DNA of 64,000 bases from Nymphaea colorata (Eukaryota). Position 1 is the stretch's first letter; every line of letters begins with the position of its first letter. Shown here in pieces: positions 1 to 13,300 of this stretch. The DNA lies in contig NC_045138.2 of NCBI RefSeq assembly GCF_008831285.2, positions 17,050,001 through 17,114,000 of the forward strand, read 5' to 3'. Below the pieces are notes generated by a model. That model worked only from the letters and a program-made list of their open reading frames with translations. It ran no database searches and was not told the origin of the DNA. The position numbers and the translations under genes were made by a program.

Positions 1-579
1 TTATAAAGTCGGTCAAAAATGCATATTAGGTAATTTGGATGGGCAATAAGAATTATACTGCTGTTTGCTCAAATGTCTTCTAATCTTTGGGTAACACCAG
101 CATCTCCAAAGCATTCTTCTTATAAATTAGTTGATAAGGCAACTTTTATCCTCAAAGCCATAGTTTGTGACTATCTTCAACAGGTAATGGTTGAAAATAC
201 AATGCTTTCATGTAGCTTCATCAACTTCCAACAAAAGAATAAAAACGACCATTAAGATTACTTTTCATCTCTAGAATTACTGCAAAGCTAAAATGCAACA
301 CTTAAAACAATTTGTTGGGTCTGCAACTACATAAAGTTGAACGTCATGTTTTGCAGAAAACATGTTGCCATCTGAATGCAAGGCTTACTCCATGGAGAAC
401 CTTAAAATCTTTTAGAAAATGCTTGATCAAAAATATATACACCGCCATCTGTGTTAGAAAAGAAGCAACATCTTCGACCAGACCTGGAACAGTAAGCAAA
501 ATAAAGGTACCTTACATCGAGTAGGCATGGACAATGTGAATCAATGCCAAGACAAAACAAGGAAAGGCACTGATTTTTA

Positions 580-1104
580 TCAGATGGGACCCAAGTAATC
601 ACCATCCAAGCTGCCCAACATCCTAAACTCCTTCTCTATCTCCATCCATCTCACACCAATTACTTTGAAGCGGATTGTCCCATCCTTTTCAAGCTTCAGG
701 TTGTCATTGTTTATGAAGATTGGATTCTCACCCTGAATGAAACGGAAATCTTTCATCATCTTCTGTGAAATAAAGATCTTGTCAACAGGGCCACATTTCA
801 GCATCACACCATGCTTCAATATGCGATCAGCAACACCCTGCAATATCTCACCTTTGACAGGTTTGAAGGTGAGGCAATCGAAGACGACAGTGAAAACCAC
901 TTCACCAGTCAAGTCCCTCACTCTTCCACGATCGCATTTCTTTAATTTGGTTACGGCCAAAAAGTAGCCATGCTCCCCGCTCGCATGCATATCTGCTATG
1001 TCCTCTAGTAGCTGTATGATGATTGCTCGTTGGAGTAGTAGACCTGTATACATCTGATCTGCTGGGACTATTACATTCCTCTGCATTTCAACCTCGAAAA
1101 ACAT
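580..1104 (-). CDS. NRPE7: DNA-directed RNA polymerase IV/V subunit 7 (RPB7 family, NRPE7/NRPD7-like), intronless CDS
   Basis: 174-aa ORF with RPB7-family features (HGYFLAVT, GEILQG, CGPVDKIF, GENPIF, C-terminal LDGDYLGPI) matching my recollection of Arabidopsis NRPE7. A 3' splice site (TTTGCAG) lies 1 nt before the ATG. NRPE7 versus NRPD7 needs a phylogeny. Confidence 0.9.
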   Translation of the reverse strand: MFFEVEMQRNVIVPADQMYTGLLLQRAIIIQLLEDIADMHASGEHGYFLAVTKLKKCDRGRVRDLTGEVVFTVVFDCLTFKPVKGEILQGVADRILKHGVMLKCGPVDKIFISQKMMKDFRFIQGENPIFINNDNLKLEKDGTIRFKVIGVRWMEIEKEFRMLGSLDGDYLGPI

Positions 1105-1105
1105 T

Positions 1106-1847
1106 CTGCAAACCCATTAAAAGACCAATAACACATTACGATTATTTTGTTTTAAATACTTAAGGGAAAGATCTGATTTGCAAGCGTAACAAAATTCTAA
1201 ACCCTGCACAAGAAAGAAGATAGAAATAAACCTAATCCATGCATTTCACAAGTAAACTATTTTGAATAAACGCCCTTGGCGACATCCATAAAAGATCATG
1301 AATATAGTAAATATTACACTGCTGGTGCACAAACTAGGGCCATCAGATTTATTGGACCTGATACAACAAGAAAATAAACTTTTACATCGTCCAACCTGAC
1401 ACCAGAACTAAAGTATTTTAAACGTTCCTGCAAATAAATTACCTCCATGGAACTCCATTCGTGTAGATACATAAGAAAAAGCTTTCAAGACCAGTTAGAA
1501 ATCAACAAGTCCCCAGTTATATCCACATAAGTTCCAATTTAAAACATGGAATTATCAATTATTATCAATCCTCTAAGAGCCCCCAAACAAAGATTTCGCA
1601 GGAAAACATAGGCAAAAAACTCCATGCCAACTGCATAATGAAAGGGTCAAAAAGTTTCCAAGTAATAGGTTCAACCTACAAGCCCAGGAATGAGATCAAC
1701 TCCTGATGACATCTCCGGGAACACCGAACGCAACAAAATCAAACAATGCATAACCATACTCGTAAGCCAAAAAAATCAATGCAAAACTAAAAAAGTGCAT
1801 GAGTTCCCTGTGAGTTTCGAGAGATTCCAAAATCAGAAATCAATAAA

Positions 1848-1918
<71 letters not shown>

Positions 1919-2000
1919 GGGTGAGGGCTGCCGGACAGACCGAGAGAAAGGGTTGGTGGTGGTGGTGGAAGGCTGCCAGCGAGTGGCCTTCAACCGAGAG

Positions 2001-2048
<48 letters not shown>

Positions 2049-2061
2049 ATGGAGACCTCAC
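1106..2061 (-). other. Predicted 5'-UTR intron of the NRPE7-like gene
   Basis: Minus-strand donor CAG|GTGAG at 2061 and acceptor TTTGCAG| at 1106, with a TATA-like motif about 115 nt upstream of the donor. Confidence 0.65.
1851..2045. repeat. Two (GA)n/(CT)n microsatellites (~1851-1915 and ~2003-2045)
   Basis: Directly visible dinucleotide runs; they account for the spurious ERER/SLSL ORFs. Confidence 0.97.
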
Positions 2062-2173
2062 CTGAGCACTCAGAAGAACGAGTCTTTGCCCGTGAATGAA
2101 CGGAGAACGGCGACGATCCGCGAATGAACGGTGAACAGTGACTCCTACCCGACCATCCCATACAAGGAATGCA

Positions 2174-2180
2174 TTTTATA
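2174..2180 (-). promoter_or_regulatory. Candidate TATA box of the NRPE7-like gene
   Basis: CCTATAAAATGC on the minus strand, upstream of the predicted non-coding first exon. Confidence 0.45.
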
Positions 2181-4350
2181 GGATACAAAAAGTTCCCCTT
2201 TTCTTGAAAGTTCATATATAAATAGTTTCTCAGGGGAACACACGCAAGAGTCGGTCTAGGCTTGATTTTTCATGTAACAGAGGCAACGGGCAGGTTTTCT
2301 CAACATAGGAGCGCTAACTAGCAATACAAACAAGCGAATAATGTGAATAGCAGGTTGTACGGTCACACCAGTCGAAGTTATGTTAATGAATAAAATTAAC
2401 TTTGAAAAGAAAGGAAGCTAAAATTTGGCAAAGAAGGCCAGAGGATTACGACCAATCGCCTCGAAGACCCCTTTCATTCTCCTTCTCTTTAGAGTCCTAT
2501 TCTATGCTGCTCCAAAGTTGTAATAATAGTGATGCACCTTTCAACTTAGGTACTATGTTCGATTATTAAAATATAGCACATAATGGCTAAGACGGTTCCC
2601 GCCCGTGTCGTAACTCATTGACACGGGTGCAGCTATGCAAATGGAGTGTCGGGATGACATTGGTTCTTGGATGTACTTTAAACTTAGGCATGACAAGTTC
2701 TCAATATGGGATTTAAGGATTACCACATTGACCAGATGATGAGAAATAACACCAACAAAAAACTTGTTCATGGACAAATTTCATCAAGCGAGGAGCATGT
2801 GATGACAGAGAAAGCAGACAAATTTCTTTCACTAGATAATAGCATAAGCAATTTCCTCAACGTCTATCTGCTTCACTAGTTTTTCTCCCGAGCACATCCA
2901 GGAAGAGACGTAGGAAAAATCATTTCTTTTAAGAAATAACTGAACAACAAATGAACAAACATCATTCTCCAACCATCTAAGTCATGTCAGAGTTGTGCGT
3001 TCTTATAATGTTTGACCAACGTTGTGTAATCAGTAGATAACAAGTATCTAATTCTTCAGAACAAGAAATAAAGTTCAGATTCCCAACAGCTACAAGGTAA
3101 TGTATCAGATATTGTCAAATGACAGATGAAGAAACACAGCTAAAGAACATGCTATTGGTTCAGAAAAGCACCAGACAAAGTATGAAGCCTCAAAATGTGT
3201 ATAATAAGAACGACCAAGCCCACCTCTTGGTCGTCAGTCGAGTGATCACTTCCTTTTCCAATCAACATGTAGACGTCAATGGATTGGATCTGACCTCCCT
3301 TTTTATGTTTCCGACTTCATAACTATTAGACGAGTAAGGTAATTCGGTAAGAGTAAGTACACGGATCAACCGGGTTAGTTTGGATACCCAAGCAAAATTA
3401 TATGATCAAGACCAAAGATATAACACTACTTGGATGCCAAATCAAGGGGGCTAATTTGGATGTGCAAGCAAAATTATATATCAAATCAAACTGGTTAATA
3501 CTTCTTGGAACTCATCAAGATTCGGATGTAGTAACTTCGACTACAGGGCTTAGCTCACCTGTCTGAGGGTATCGTTCACTAGAGGAAACTCATGGAGTAG
3601 TCGTTAACTTAACCGACGAATAGGGAAGCTAACAGAACAGGAAATTCAGTACGGTAGCCGAATCACAAGCATTAGTTAATAGTCATACAATATTACAATG
3701 TGCTTTGCAGATTAGTTCGATTTAGAACATACTTAGATTTTCTGAACTCGGCCACATCTCAACGCCGCTGTAAATATTGAGGCCATTTTTGCCATCCAGC
3801 ACATGGGAGCCGAAAGTTCCACCATTTAGAAATCTATCACGATTGCAAGCATTAAAGCTTTTTATAAAAAGACAGTGGACGCCCAGGGCTCAGATCGTTT
3901 AGGGAGAGAGAGAGAGAGAGAAAGAGAAAAAAAGTATTAGATATGAACGCTTCCCTCTTAACATAAAAAATATCCGAGAGAGAAAGGTATTGTCGACAAA
4001 AACAATCCCAAAATAACTAAATAACTAAACAACCCATCACATTTCATGATTACATAATCCTTAATAAGATTTCGTTGTACAATGAACACCTGTGTCTTCA
4101 CCTTCGGGTTTTACAAGCTTGGGAGGCAGCAGGAGAAACCACACGCTACACCAGCGAGATCACCGCACCGACCAAATTTAAGTAAGGCACCCACCAAATT
4201 TACGTAAGGCATCCACACCCATAATAGTGATCTAGCGTTTAGTTTCCCCTGCTTCCTCTGCCATCCTTCAATCTGAAACCTACTTTTCTCACCTTTGCCA
4301 GTACAGTAAGCTTTCATAGCAGGCCAAATTTATAATTCCTCCAGAGCCCA

Positions 4351-7300
4351 TCAACCGGTGCCATGGAACTTTTTCCCAGCTTCAACAGCTTCTCTAAATT
4401 GTTTAGAAGAGAAAAAAGAAAAGATGGTAAATAGACAATTCTTAGCAGAAACAGGAAAAAGGAAATCATTCTTTCGAGTTTGTTCCTTGGCAGACACAAA
4501 TCATTATGAAGTTTCTGGAACACCTCTGATAACTGGACCGAAGAAAATGTGCAAAGGACAGTTCACAAAGTTGGGAGTAAAACCTGAAAGCGTCTACAAG
4601 CTCCTTGTTTTCAGGATCCAACAAGACTCCTTGATAGAAGGCATCTGCAGCCTCGTCAAACCTCTGCAGACAATTTCCAAATACCAAGGGAAACAAAATT
4701 GACAAAGGAAATAGAAGAAACCAAGGTCTTCAGCACAGCAGATAAGAGGGTGAAAAAAAAAAAAAGTAAAGTTGGCAGAATAAACAAGAGGTCACCAGCA
4801 AGAGACGAAGTGCAGCCCCCTCCCTGTAGCATCCTTTCGGCCAATCTGGCCTTAATTCTCGGCAAACCTTTGCATCAGAAAGTGCCTGCTCAGCTTGTCC
4901 TAACCTGATCCAACAAAGGCTTCTGTTCGATAGTAAACTTGCATCTGTCGGGTTCATGTCGATTGCCTAAGGTCATTACAAAAAGAGTTTATATGCAGTA
5001 ATACGGTTAAATGATCCCAATGTTAAACTAGTAACAGGAACAGCAGCTGCTGCAATAGTAATACTAATAACAAGAATAATAATAAGAATAGTAGTAATAC
5101 AATATCTGATCTTAAATCCATGATTCAAACATTTCTATATCAATGCTCCCTATGGCCAATATATCTGAACCAGAACCATGAAAAGGAATATTCATTTCAA
5201 GAATTCAAGTTTCCTATAGTAGATAAAAAAGGAAAATTTTATTGCGGTTGTTATTGACATTATTATTATTATTATAAATATTATTATAGTTAACCAACAT
5301 AGAATTGCACCAAACGACAGGAATAACGAGAATGACTGCTATCAATAACATATAGAAGTAACATTAATCATCAGTTACTGATTGTTTCATCAACAGTGAA
5401 TGCTCAAACAAAGTGAAATAATGCTTCAACGGTAGCATTGAAAATACAGATAAGTGATGGAACACTTGTTTTACTATAATATAAAGGATGATATATGTCA
5501 CATTCATTCAAAATCATCCCCTTCCAAAGGTTATGCACATAAGTAGCAGTTTTAATATCATCGTTATGGCATCTGATTTTATATCATGCCAACACTATTT
5601 TCTGGCAGGTGTCCAGCACTTATTATTTAATTTTATCGTTTCCTTAATAATTACATCAGAAATTACAGATGCTAATAAGTGGATTCTGCTTATAAAAGCA
5701 TTGATATTATTACATTTCATCCCACTTGCCACCACCTCCCCTTTATTGAATGAATACAAGTACATGTTAAAACTAAAAAAAAATGCCAATGAAACATTCA
5801 ACAATAATAAAGGATTTGCAAAAGGTTACCTGTGTATATGCATCCACAGCCATGAGATAATCCTTTCTTCGAAATGCTTCATCTCCTCTACTTTTTGCTT
5901 CCAAAGATCTAGACTTTGACTCATCTGACACCTGACAGAAATTCATAAAAACATACATGCATGAGCACAAAAAAAAACCAAAAAGATTACATGTATTTTT
6001 TTTTATCTTGCCTACAACAAAAAATTAACTCATAATTCATAACTATTCTATTTATGCTTCTTGCAGTACTGCCGCATATGTAGATCTGAAGCCAATTAAA
6101 AAACCTTCACAGGTTCATGCACAAGCAATATGCAGGAAAGAACACTGGCAAACACTTTCACAAAAACAAGCTAAGGCACCGATCCAGTTGCATAGACTGA
6201 AGCCACTACAGGAGAACAAACGACAACTTGCTAAATGTTCAGTTTGAACCATGCCAGGAATATATAATAAGTGATAGTAAAGATGTGGGTGTATTTGAAT
6301 GAAGAGATATCTTTTGTATATTATCATATTTCTCCCAACCAGAGATGTTGAGAACCACCTTAAAACATCCAACTGTGGCTGCAACATCAGAATATCAGAA
6401 AGCAATATAATTGTTTGCCCACCTAATTGCACCTTGCGAAAAAACTTTGGTCAAATAGATTTCCAGCCTGTAAGTGGAGAAAGAAGTAAAAGAGAAGACC
6501 TCAACTTTCTTTGGCTTTTGGAAGTTGCTCTTATCTGGCTTATCATTGTCAGGACAAGCTCCTGTTTCCTTGTAGGTCATAAAAGAGATAAATTAGGATG
6601 CAGAAGCAAACTAGTGTACTTAACAGGAGAATGTGATGCTCAAGAAGCTACACCCAAGTGCTGGGTAATGTTGCACCATACCACTTCCTTGTGGGTTGCT
6701 TGCCGCACTTGCTCAAATACTCCATCAATGCTCCAATTTGATATACTGGTAACAGGAGAAGTCAAAGGAAAAAGAATCTCAACTACATCACGACAATCTC
6801 TAGCAGCCGCAGTTTGTATTGGCTTCCAACCATCCTGTAAAATAATATAGTCACAAGAAAGTGAATAAACTTCAACCATGCATCAAATTAGCTGACTAAA
6901 TTGATACGAACATAAAATGATTTTTTCAGTCCCCCTTGTATAATTTGAAGGTCCAAAGCATGATTTTCCAAGGGCTATCTAGCAAGGGGCATCTTTCTGG
7001 CCCTATTCCTGTGCAGAGTCGCATAAGTAAGTTGGACACTAGTGTCCATTATCATCTTTAGTTTCCCCCAGACATAGGAAAAATCATTTCAACAGGCAAA
7101 GGGTTTGTTAGACTCATGAAATCTCTTATTTCTTAGAAGCTAAAACGTCTCATTGGAGGCCTCCAATAAAATTGGAACAATACTTAGAAGCTAAAGCTGC
7201 CCATGCAATCCTAAGAAAAAAATAGATTCTTAATCCACTTCAGAAAACATGGTTTACCATCACTAACACAATCTAGTATACAAAAGGTTGAAGGACATCA

Positions 7301-10300
7301 GGCTCTATAACATAACTAATGTACTTTCTACTATGAAATAATGTTTAACATCTTGTGGAGCATCCGACATCATCTCAGGTCAAGCTCATACGTTAAAATG
7401 AAGATAAATACTAGATAAAGCAAAATGGTGAAATCCCTACTAAATCGACCAAAACAGAAAGGCAAAGCATCAATTGACTTTTGGAAGACATGCCCAGAAT
7501 ACTCCATAACACAGAAGCCAGGAAGACACTGCACCCTTGTTGACATGAGCAGATAGTGCGCACACGCATGTGTACTCTGTGTGTATATGTGTGTGTAGCT
7601 GAGTAACAGCCAAAAACCTCTAGAATTGTATTTCATCATGACAGCAGTTTATTTTGGAATTTTTTTTTTCTCCAACAGAATAAACTTAAGGATATCATTC
7701 ATTGTTGGTAATATAGCCTGTGACTTGGTTAATGCCTTTCTAAAGCATTTTTCAACTCCAATCAACATCAATGAAGAAGCTAACCTTACTTAATGGACAG
7801 ACGGATCATTACAAAATCAAACTTGGTTTGTTAGTTAGCACTCTTTGGGTCCTAGTGAGAGCTCTCAAGTCAGAAGCTAATCTTAACTTAATGGACATAC
7901 AGATCATTACGAAATCAAAATTTGCCTTGTTAGTTAGCACTCTTTGGATCCTAGTGAGAGCTCTCAAGTCAATAACAAAGCAACTCATGGAACCTACACG
8001 AAGAGTTGCTTACAATGCTCTGTAAATAGCACAAAATAAGTAAAAGAACATGAGAAACTGATTTTTTATACCTCATCTAAAGCATTAGGATCAGCACCAC
8101 ATTTTAGCAAGCAGTTGATGATTTCCACGTTTCCACAGTCAGCAGCTACATGCAAAGGAGTGGCTGATCCAGCCCCAAAATTTACCTTTGCCCCTGCCTG
8201 TCATAACAAAGTAATGGAAAACTATTGATGATGTAAAATCAGAAGACAGTTTCTCTACGGGTATCCAAGTAGCAGATGAAAGTTTCTCTAATAAAATTAG
8301 AAGAGAAAAAGGAAGCATGAGTATGTTCATTAATGTGAAAGGACATAACCTAAGTGATCAAACACTAAACATGCCACATAAGACAAGAAAGGGTTACAAG
8401 TTACAACTTACAAAAGTCCTTCCTACTAGTATTCCAAAGTTGTTCCTACATGAAAACCAAGCAACTCGATTCCTTAAGATAGCTTGGTATCTTCCCTAAT
8501 TGAAGATAATTCTATGAATACTGAGGGATGTCTTTTCCCCTCAATATTACAAAAAGTGGACAAAGAATCACCAAGAGTTGTTCCAAATAGATGCTCAAGG
8601 ATTCAGGCAGGTATGATCTATACATCAAGTTTTGCTTGTTTAAGCTTGTCCAAGACAAACAAGTTGACCTTGGCCCCATAAATGAGCTCAGCTTGATCAA
8701 GCACATGAATTCGACTAGCTTGATAAAGCTCACTTTTGTCAGTAGTAACAGATGTACATGCTAAACATAAAATAAGCAACAGAATTGTGTGAATAGCAAC
8801 GAGTGCACCCATTTGTTGAACAAGTTACAGGAACTGCTTGTCATGAAAGAAAGAGGAAAGTTATAGAATATAATATATGTCGTTCATTGCATGGAATTTG
8901 ATGGACGAGATCTCAGAAGGAGGAGTTGAAAAAAGTATAGGCATCCGAATTTGTAGCATAAGCAAACTGCCCATACCTTTTTTCTGAGACAGGGGGCATT
9001 GTGGACATGTCAAAAATAATTTTTTCCCTGCTCCTTTTTAGTTTTAATCACTCCTTAAAGCAGAACCATCAGACCTCAGAACATAGACAATGAAAAGCAG
9101 TCCACAATGTCCACACCTTTTCCTAGTCCATTTTTCTGTGTACCTTATATCTGTGTGTGTTGTTAAAAGCATTAGTTGCAGCTAGGCAGTTAAATGAGAC
9201 AAGGGCCTGGCATGACTAGGCGCATTATGTGTGCCACCTCTAAAAAGGGAAATAAAAAAAAATCAATATTAATTGTTAAAATTAATGACAAAATTTGACT
9301 TTTAAATGGAAAACCTACAACGATTAAGTTATATCAATGAAACAACTAAAATGCATGAATCCATGACAACCCAAACACATTAAGCATTCCATAACAGGAT
9401 AATAAAATTAAAGAAATGTTTGAAAGATCAAATATAATGAAGTGAAGTAGTGAACAACTAAAGTTTACAAATTACAAGTTCTATGTTATAAAGAACGTAA
9501 AATAAAGTTTACAGTGCTTTTCAATGTTATACATGTAAAATATTACCATTTCCTAAAAATTAATTTCTCATCTCTAATTCTAATTTCCATAAACTAAAAT
9601 CCTAATTCTAATAAACAAGAAAAATATTAAGAAAATAATATATATATATATATATATAAGAGCTAAAAACTTAAAATAACATAAATTGTTCAAAGTATAA
9701 GAGTATGCTAATTGCAATCCTACATATAACTGCACAGGCACACAGACATATATTTTTAATGCAGAATCACATGCACTAGTAAAAAAGTGAAAAAAAAAAC
9801 TGAACAAAATGGAAGAATAGAGAAAAAATTGTCTTAAAAAAAAAGGAAAGAAAAAAAAAAAGAAAAAGAAAAGTTGTCAATGAAAAAACCTAAGGCAATT
9901 AAGTGCCAAAGTGAGCCTAGTATCCTAGGCCATGTCCTAGGCATTTTCAAATGGCAGGTCGCTGAAAATCAGCTGCCAAGGCAACATGGTAGGCCAGAGA
10001 GCCTAGGTGCACCTTTGACAACATGGTACTAACAAAAAGTTATAAAAATGCATGCACGTGCAAGCACCAATAAATAATAGTCTTACCTCAATCAGTAATT
10101 TCACAGAATCAAGGGAACCAGCCATAACAGCTGCCAATAGTGGAGTGGTACCATCAAACTCAACATTGGGCTACAAAATAGAAGGCAGGCAAAATAGGTA
10201 AGCTATAATAGCTAAACAAATCCATTGTTTGAAGAGATTAACCACCAATACCAAATTGGCGGAGACTATAACAGAAATAAATGCTCAGATGATAAAAATG

Positions 10301-13300
10301 TGATTAAGCACCAAGAGAAACAACACGAGGAATGATTTTAAATACAATTATTATTCTGCAATAATATGTTCAAGAAGACAAATTGCAAAAATTTGGAATT
10401 AGTCTCAACACCTATTCATGTAAAGTCTACCCAAACGACAACATAAACTGTAACTAAAGCCACTTATTCTACATTTAGACATTCCATATAATTTCATAAA
10501 CCAAGTTTTCCTTTTTCCATCTATGACATTGTCAACCTTGTTAAATTTAAAAATGGTACCATAGATATAGAATTGATCATTAAAAGGTAAGCATAAAAAA
10601 ATAATAATGTATATTGGAATAAATATAGTACAACATCTCTACAAAGTCAGAGACTGCTTCCTATCACCAATTAAGATTTTTAATCATTTAACAAGTTCAG
10701 TTCAAAATCCATCAGAGAAGAACACATCTACACAGGAAAAAAATGGAGAGCTTGTCTTTACATTTGCATTGTGATCTAACAAGAACTTCACCGCATTGGG
10801 CTGGCATTCACCTGCAGCCCATATAAGTGGAGTACCAGCATCACTTTCTAGATCCACATCAAGACCTTTCTTGAGTAGAATAGTCAACAACTCCACATTT
10901 CCTGAACAAGTAAGAAAAAATTCAGACGATAACAACAACAACAACAGACAAGCAGTACCAATGCATGAAAACAAAAAGAAGAGGAGGATGAAAGGAAACT
11001 CTAGCAACAGCTCTCAGCCATATGGTCCATCACCAAGGAGGTCAAATGATACAGTTATCTTCTTAATATGTTTTCTTATTTAAGAAAACAACTTTATGGC
11101 AAGCAATTTTAATATGAATTATGATTATACTGAGCATTGATGTTGTGTTGCCTCTTTTTCTTTTTCTTTTTTATAGTAGATTAGTAATTTTAGGTTTTGT
11201 TTTAGGGTTAAGTTTCAGAAATTAGAATTAGAGATTTACCAGTTAGCATTTAGAAAAGGGTAAGATTTTGCATGATCTAGAACATTGAACAACATTAATA
11301 TTTACTTAGTTTCTTTGGTGCCATATAACTTATGGCATTTTGTTGTTGAACTTCATTGAGCTTGGCCTTTCAAACCTTTAATTATGTTTATTATCATGTT
11401 ACGAAATTTTTACTTAATGTGTTAATAACTTAATATCATTGTGCATTTTAATTGTTTTATTTTTACAAGTTGATACTTATAAGTTTTCTATTGAGAAATG
11501 CTTCAGTTTCATTATTAATTTTAACAATTTTATTGCATCTTGTTGGCTTCTCTTTTTGGAGTTGCCTACTTAATGTGCCTCTTCCTGACCACACTCTAGG
11601 CTACTCTACTGCATAGGTTGTGTTTACTGCTTTTAATGACGTAGTCTCTGTGCCTGTGTGTGCGTGGGTGTGGGTGTGGGGTGTGTATTATGTGTGTAAC
11701 TTTGCGTGTTTATATATGCGATAATGTAATTAACTCCTGTTGCATTTTATTTTACCACTCGAAGTCCCGAGGCTCAAGTATGTACTCATTGCCCAGGCTC
11801 CACATTAGGCTTTCAACAGCATAGCATAGTACACACAGTATCTGTATGTGCATATATGCCTGTCATCAACAAATTCCATCAACAAATTCCTCTACACATA
11901 CATGCATACACATAACACAAAGTCATATATTACATATATGTGTGTGTGTGTGTGTGTATTTAGTTCCATATATATGTATGTATTTATTTACTCAAAGCAT
12001 AGCCACAAATATTAACGGGTTTTAAACAGCGAGATTTTTCTTGGATCTTTTTCGAAAAAACTGAAAATCTCAGAAAGAATTCAGCAATTTTTTTAGAAAA
12101 TAAAAAATTCTAAAAAGTTAGAAAAAATTAAAATAAATAAAAAAACAAACCCAAAAACAAAAAAAAGCTTGATAAAATTATAAAAAGGATTTTTAGTAAT
12201 GATAGAAATGAAGATAAATAATTGAACTTATGTTTTAAACTATATAAAACAAAAATAATGAAAAAACAATAAGAAAAAACATGAAAAAATCATGTTGGAG
12301 TTTTTTTTTTTTCAAGGGAAAAAGTAAGTTTTTTTTTTTTTCATTTTCATTGTTTTTAACATTTATTGGGTATTCATCGAAAAACATGGATTTTTCTTAC
12401 TATGATACATAGTCAGTTAACAAATGAATCATCCTATAGGAAGCACCAAAATTAATATGGGCAAATTCAGCACATAGATTATTCATTATGACATAGTAAA
12501 ACATGCGTAATTAACAATAAATAATTCCCAGTTTAACAAGATTAACACGACAAAAGGTGCAAACAGGTGGCAACTAGGCAAAATAGAGCACATATAGTGC
12601 CCATTCTAACATAGTAAATCATGAGCAAGTAACTGTATCCTTAGTTTAACTAAACTAACATATAAAGCTGCAAGTAAAAAGTGGAAATTACACACATATA
12701 GCCTGCTTTGGCATCCCAGAACAAGCCCAGCACCAAGGACTGCCTAGATGCCAAGGCAGGCATCTAGGCTCTCTTTTTCCTTTCTTTACTTTAGCATTTT
12801 ACAACACTAAAAATATGGGCCCTTTTCCAACTTTTTTAACACATGGGTTCTTCAAATATTTTAAAACATTGAGTATGTTTATAACTTCTCAGTTAATCTT
12901 TTAAAATTTTTATGTAGCCCATCTAGCAAATCAATATAAAATGGAGAGCATTTAAAAAATTATTATTCACAGGTAATGACCAATCACCTAAGATGAACTT
13001 ACAAGTTAGAACCAACCATCATAAAAAGAGAAATGCAAATAAAAAGTGTGAGCAAACCTGTTCTAGCAGCATGATGCAACGGAGTAGTTCCTGACTGAGT
13101 GGAAGGAATGGAAGGATCAGCACCACTGTCAAGGAGGTATTTAGCAGTCATAAGGTGTCCTTGACGAACCGCATGGAAAAGAGGAGTTTCGCCTGAAATG
13201 CAAAGCACAAGGAATCCTTAGTTAGCCCAGGTCTTAAAACATGTTGGATTGAAGAATGCAAATGCACTAAAATCATCTGCCTATAAGAACACCTTTTCTG

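Noticed and set aside
1690..2215. 145-aa and 142-aa ORFs with ERERER / SLSLSL tracts
   Set aside because: Produced by stop-free (GA)n microsatellites; no protein-like content.
6299..6850. 183-aa plus-strand ORF
   Set aside because: Antisense to ankyrin exons 8-9 and intron sequence; no recognisable motifs.
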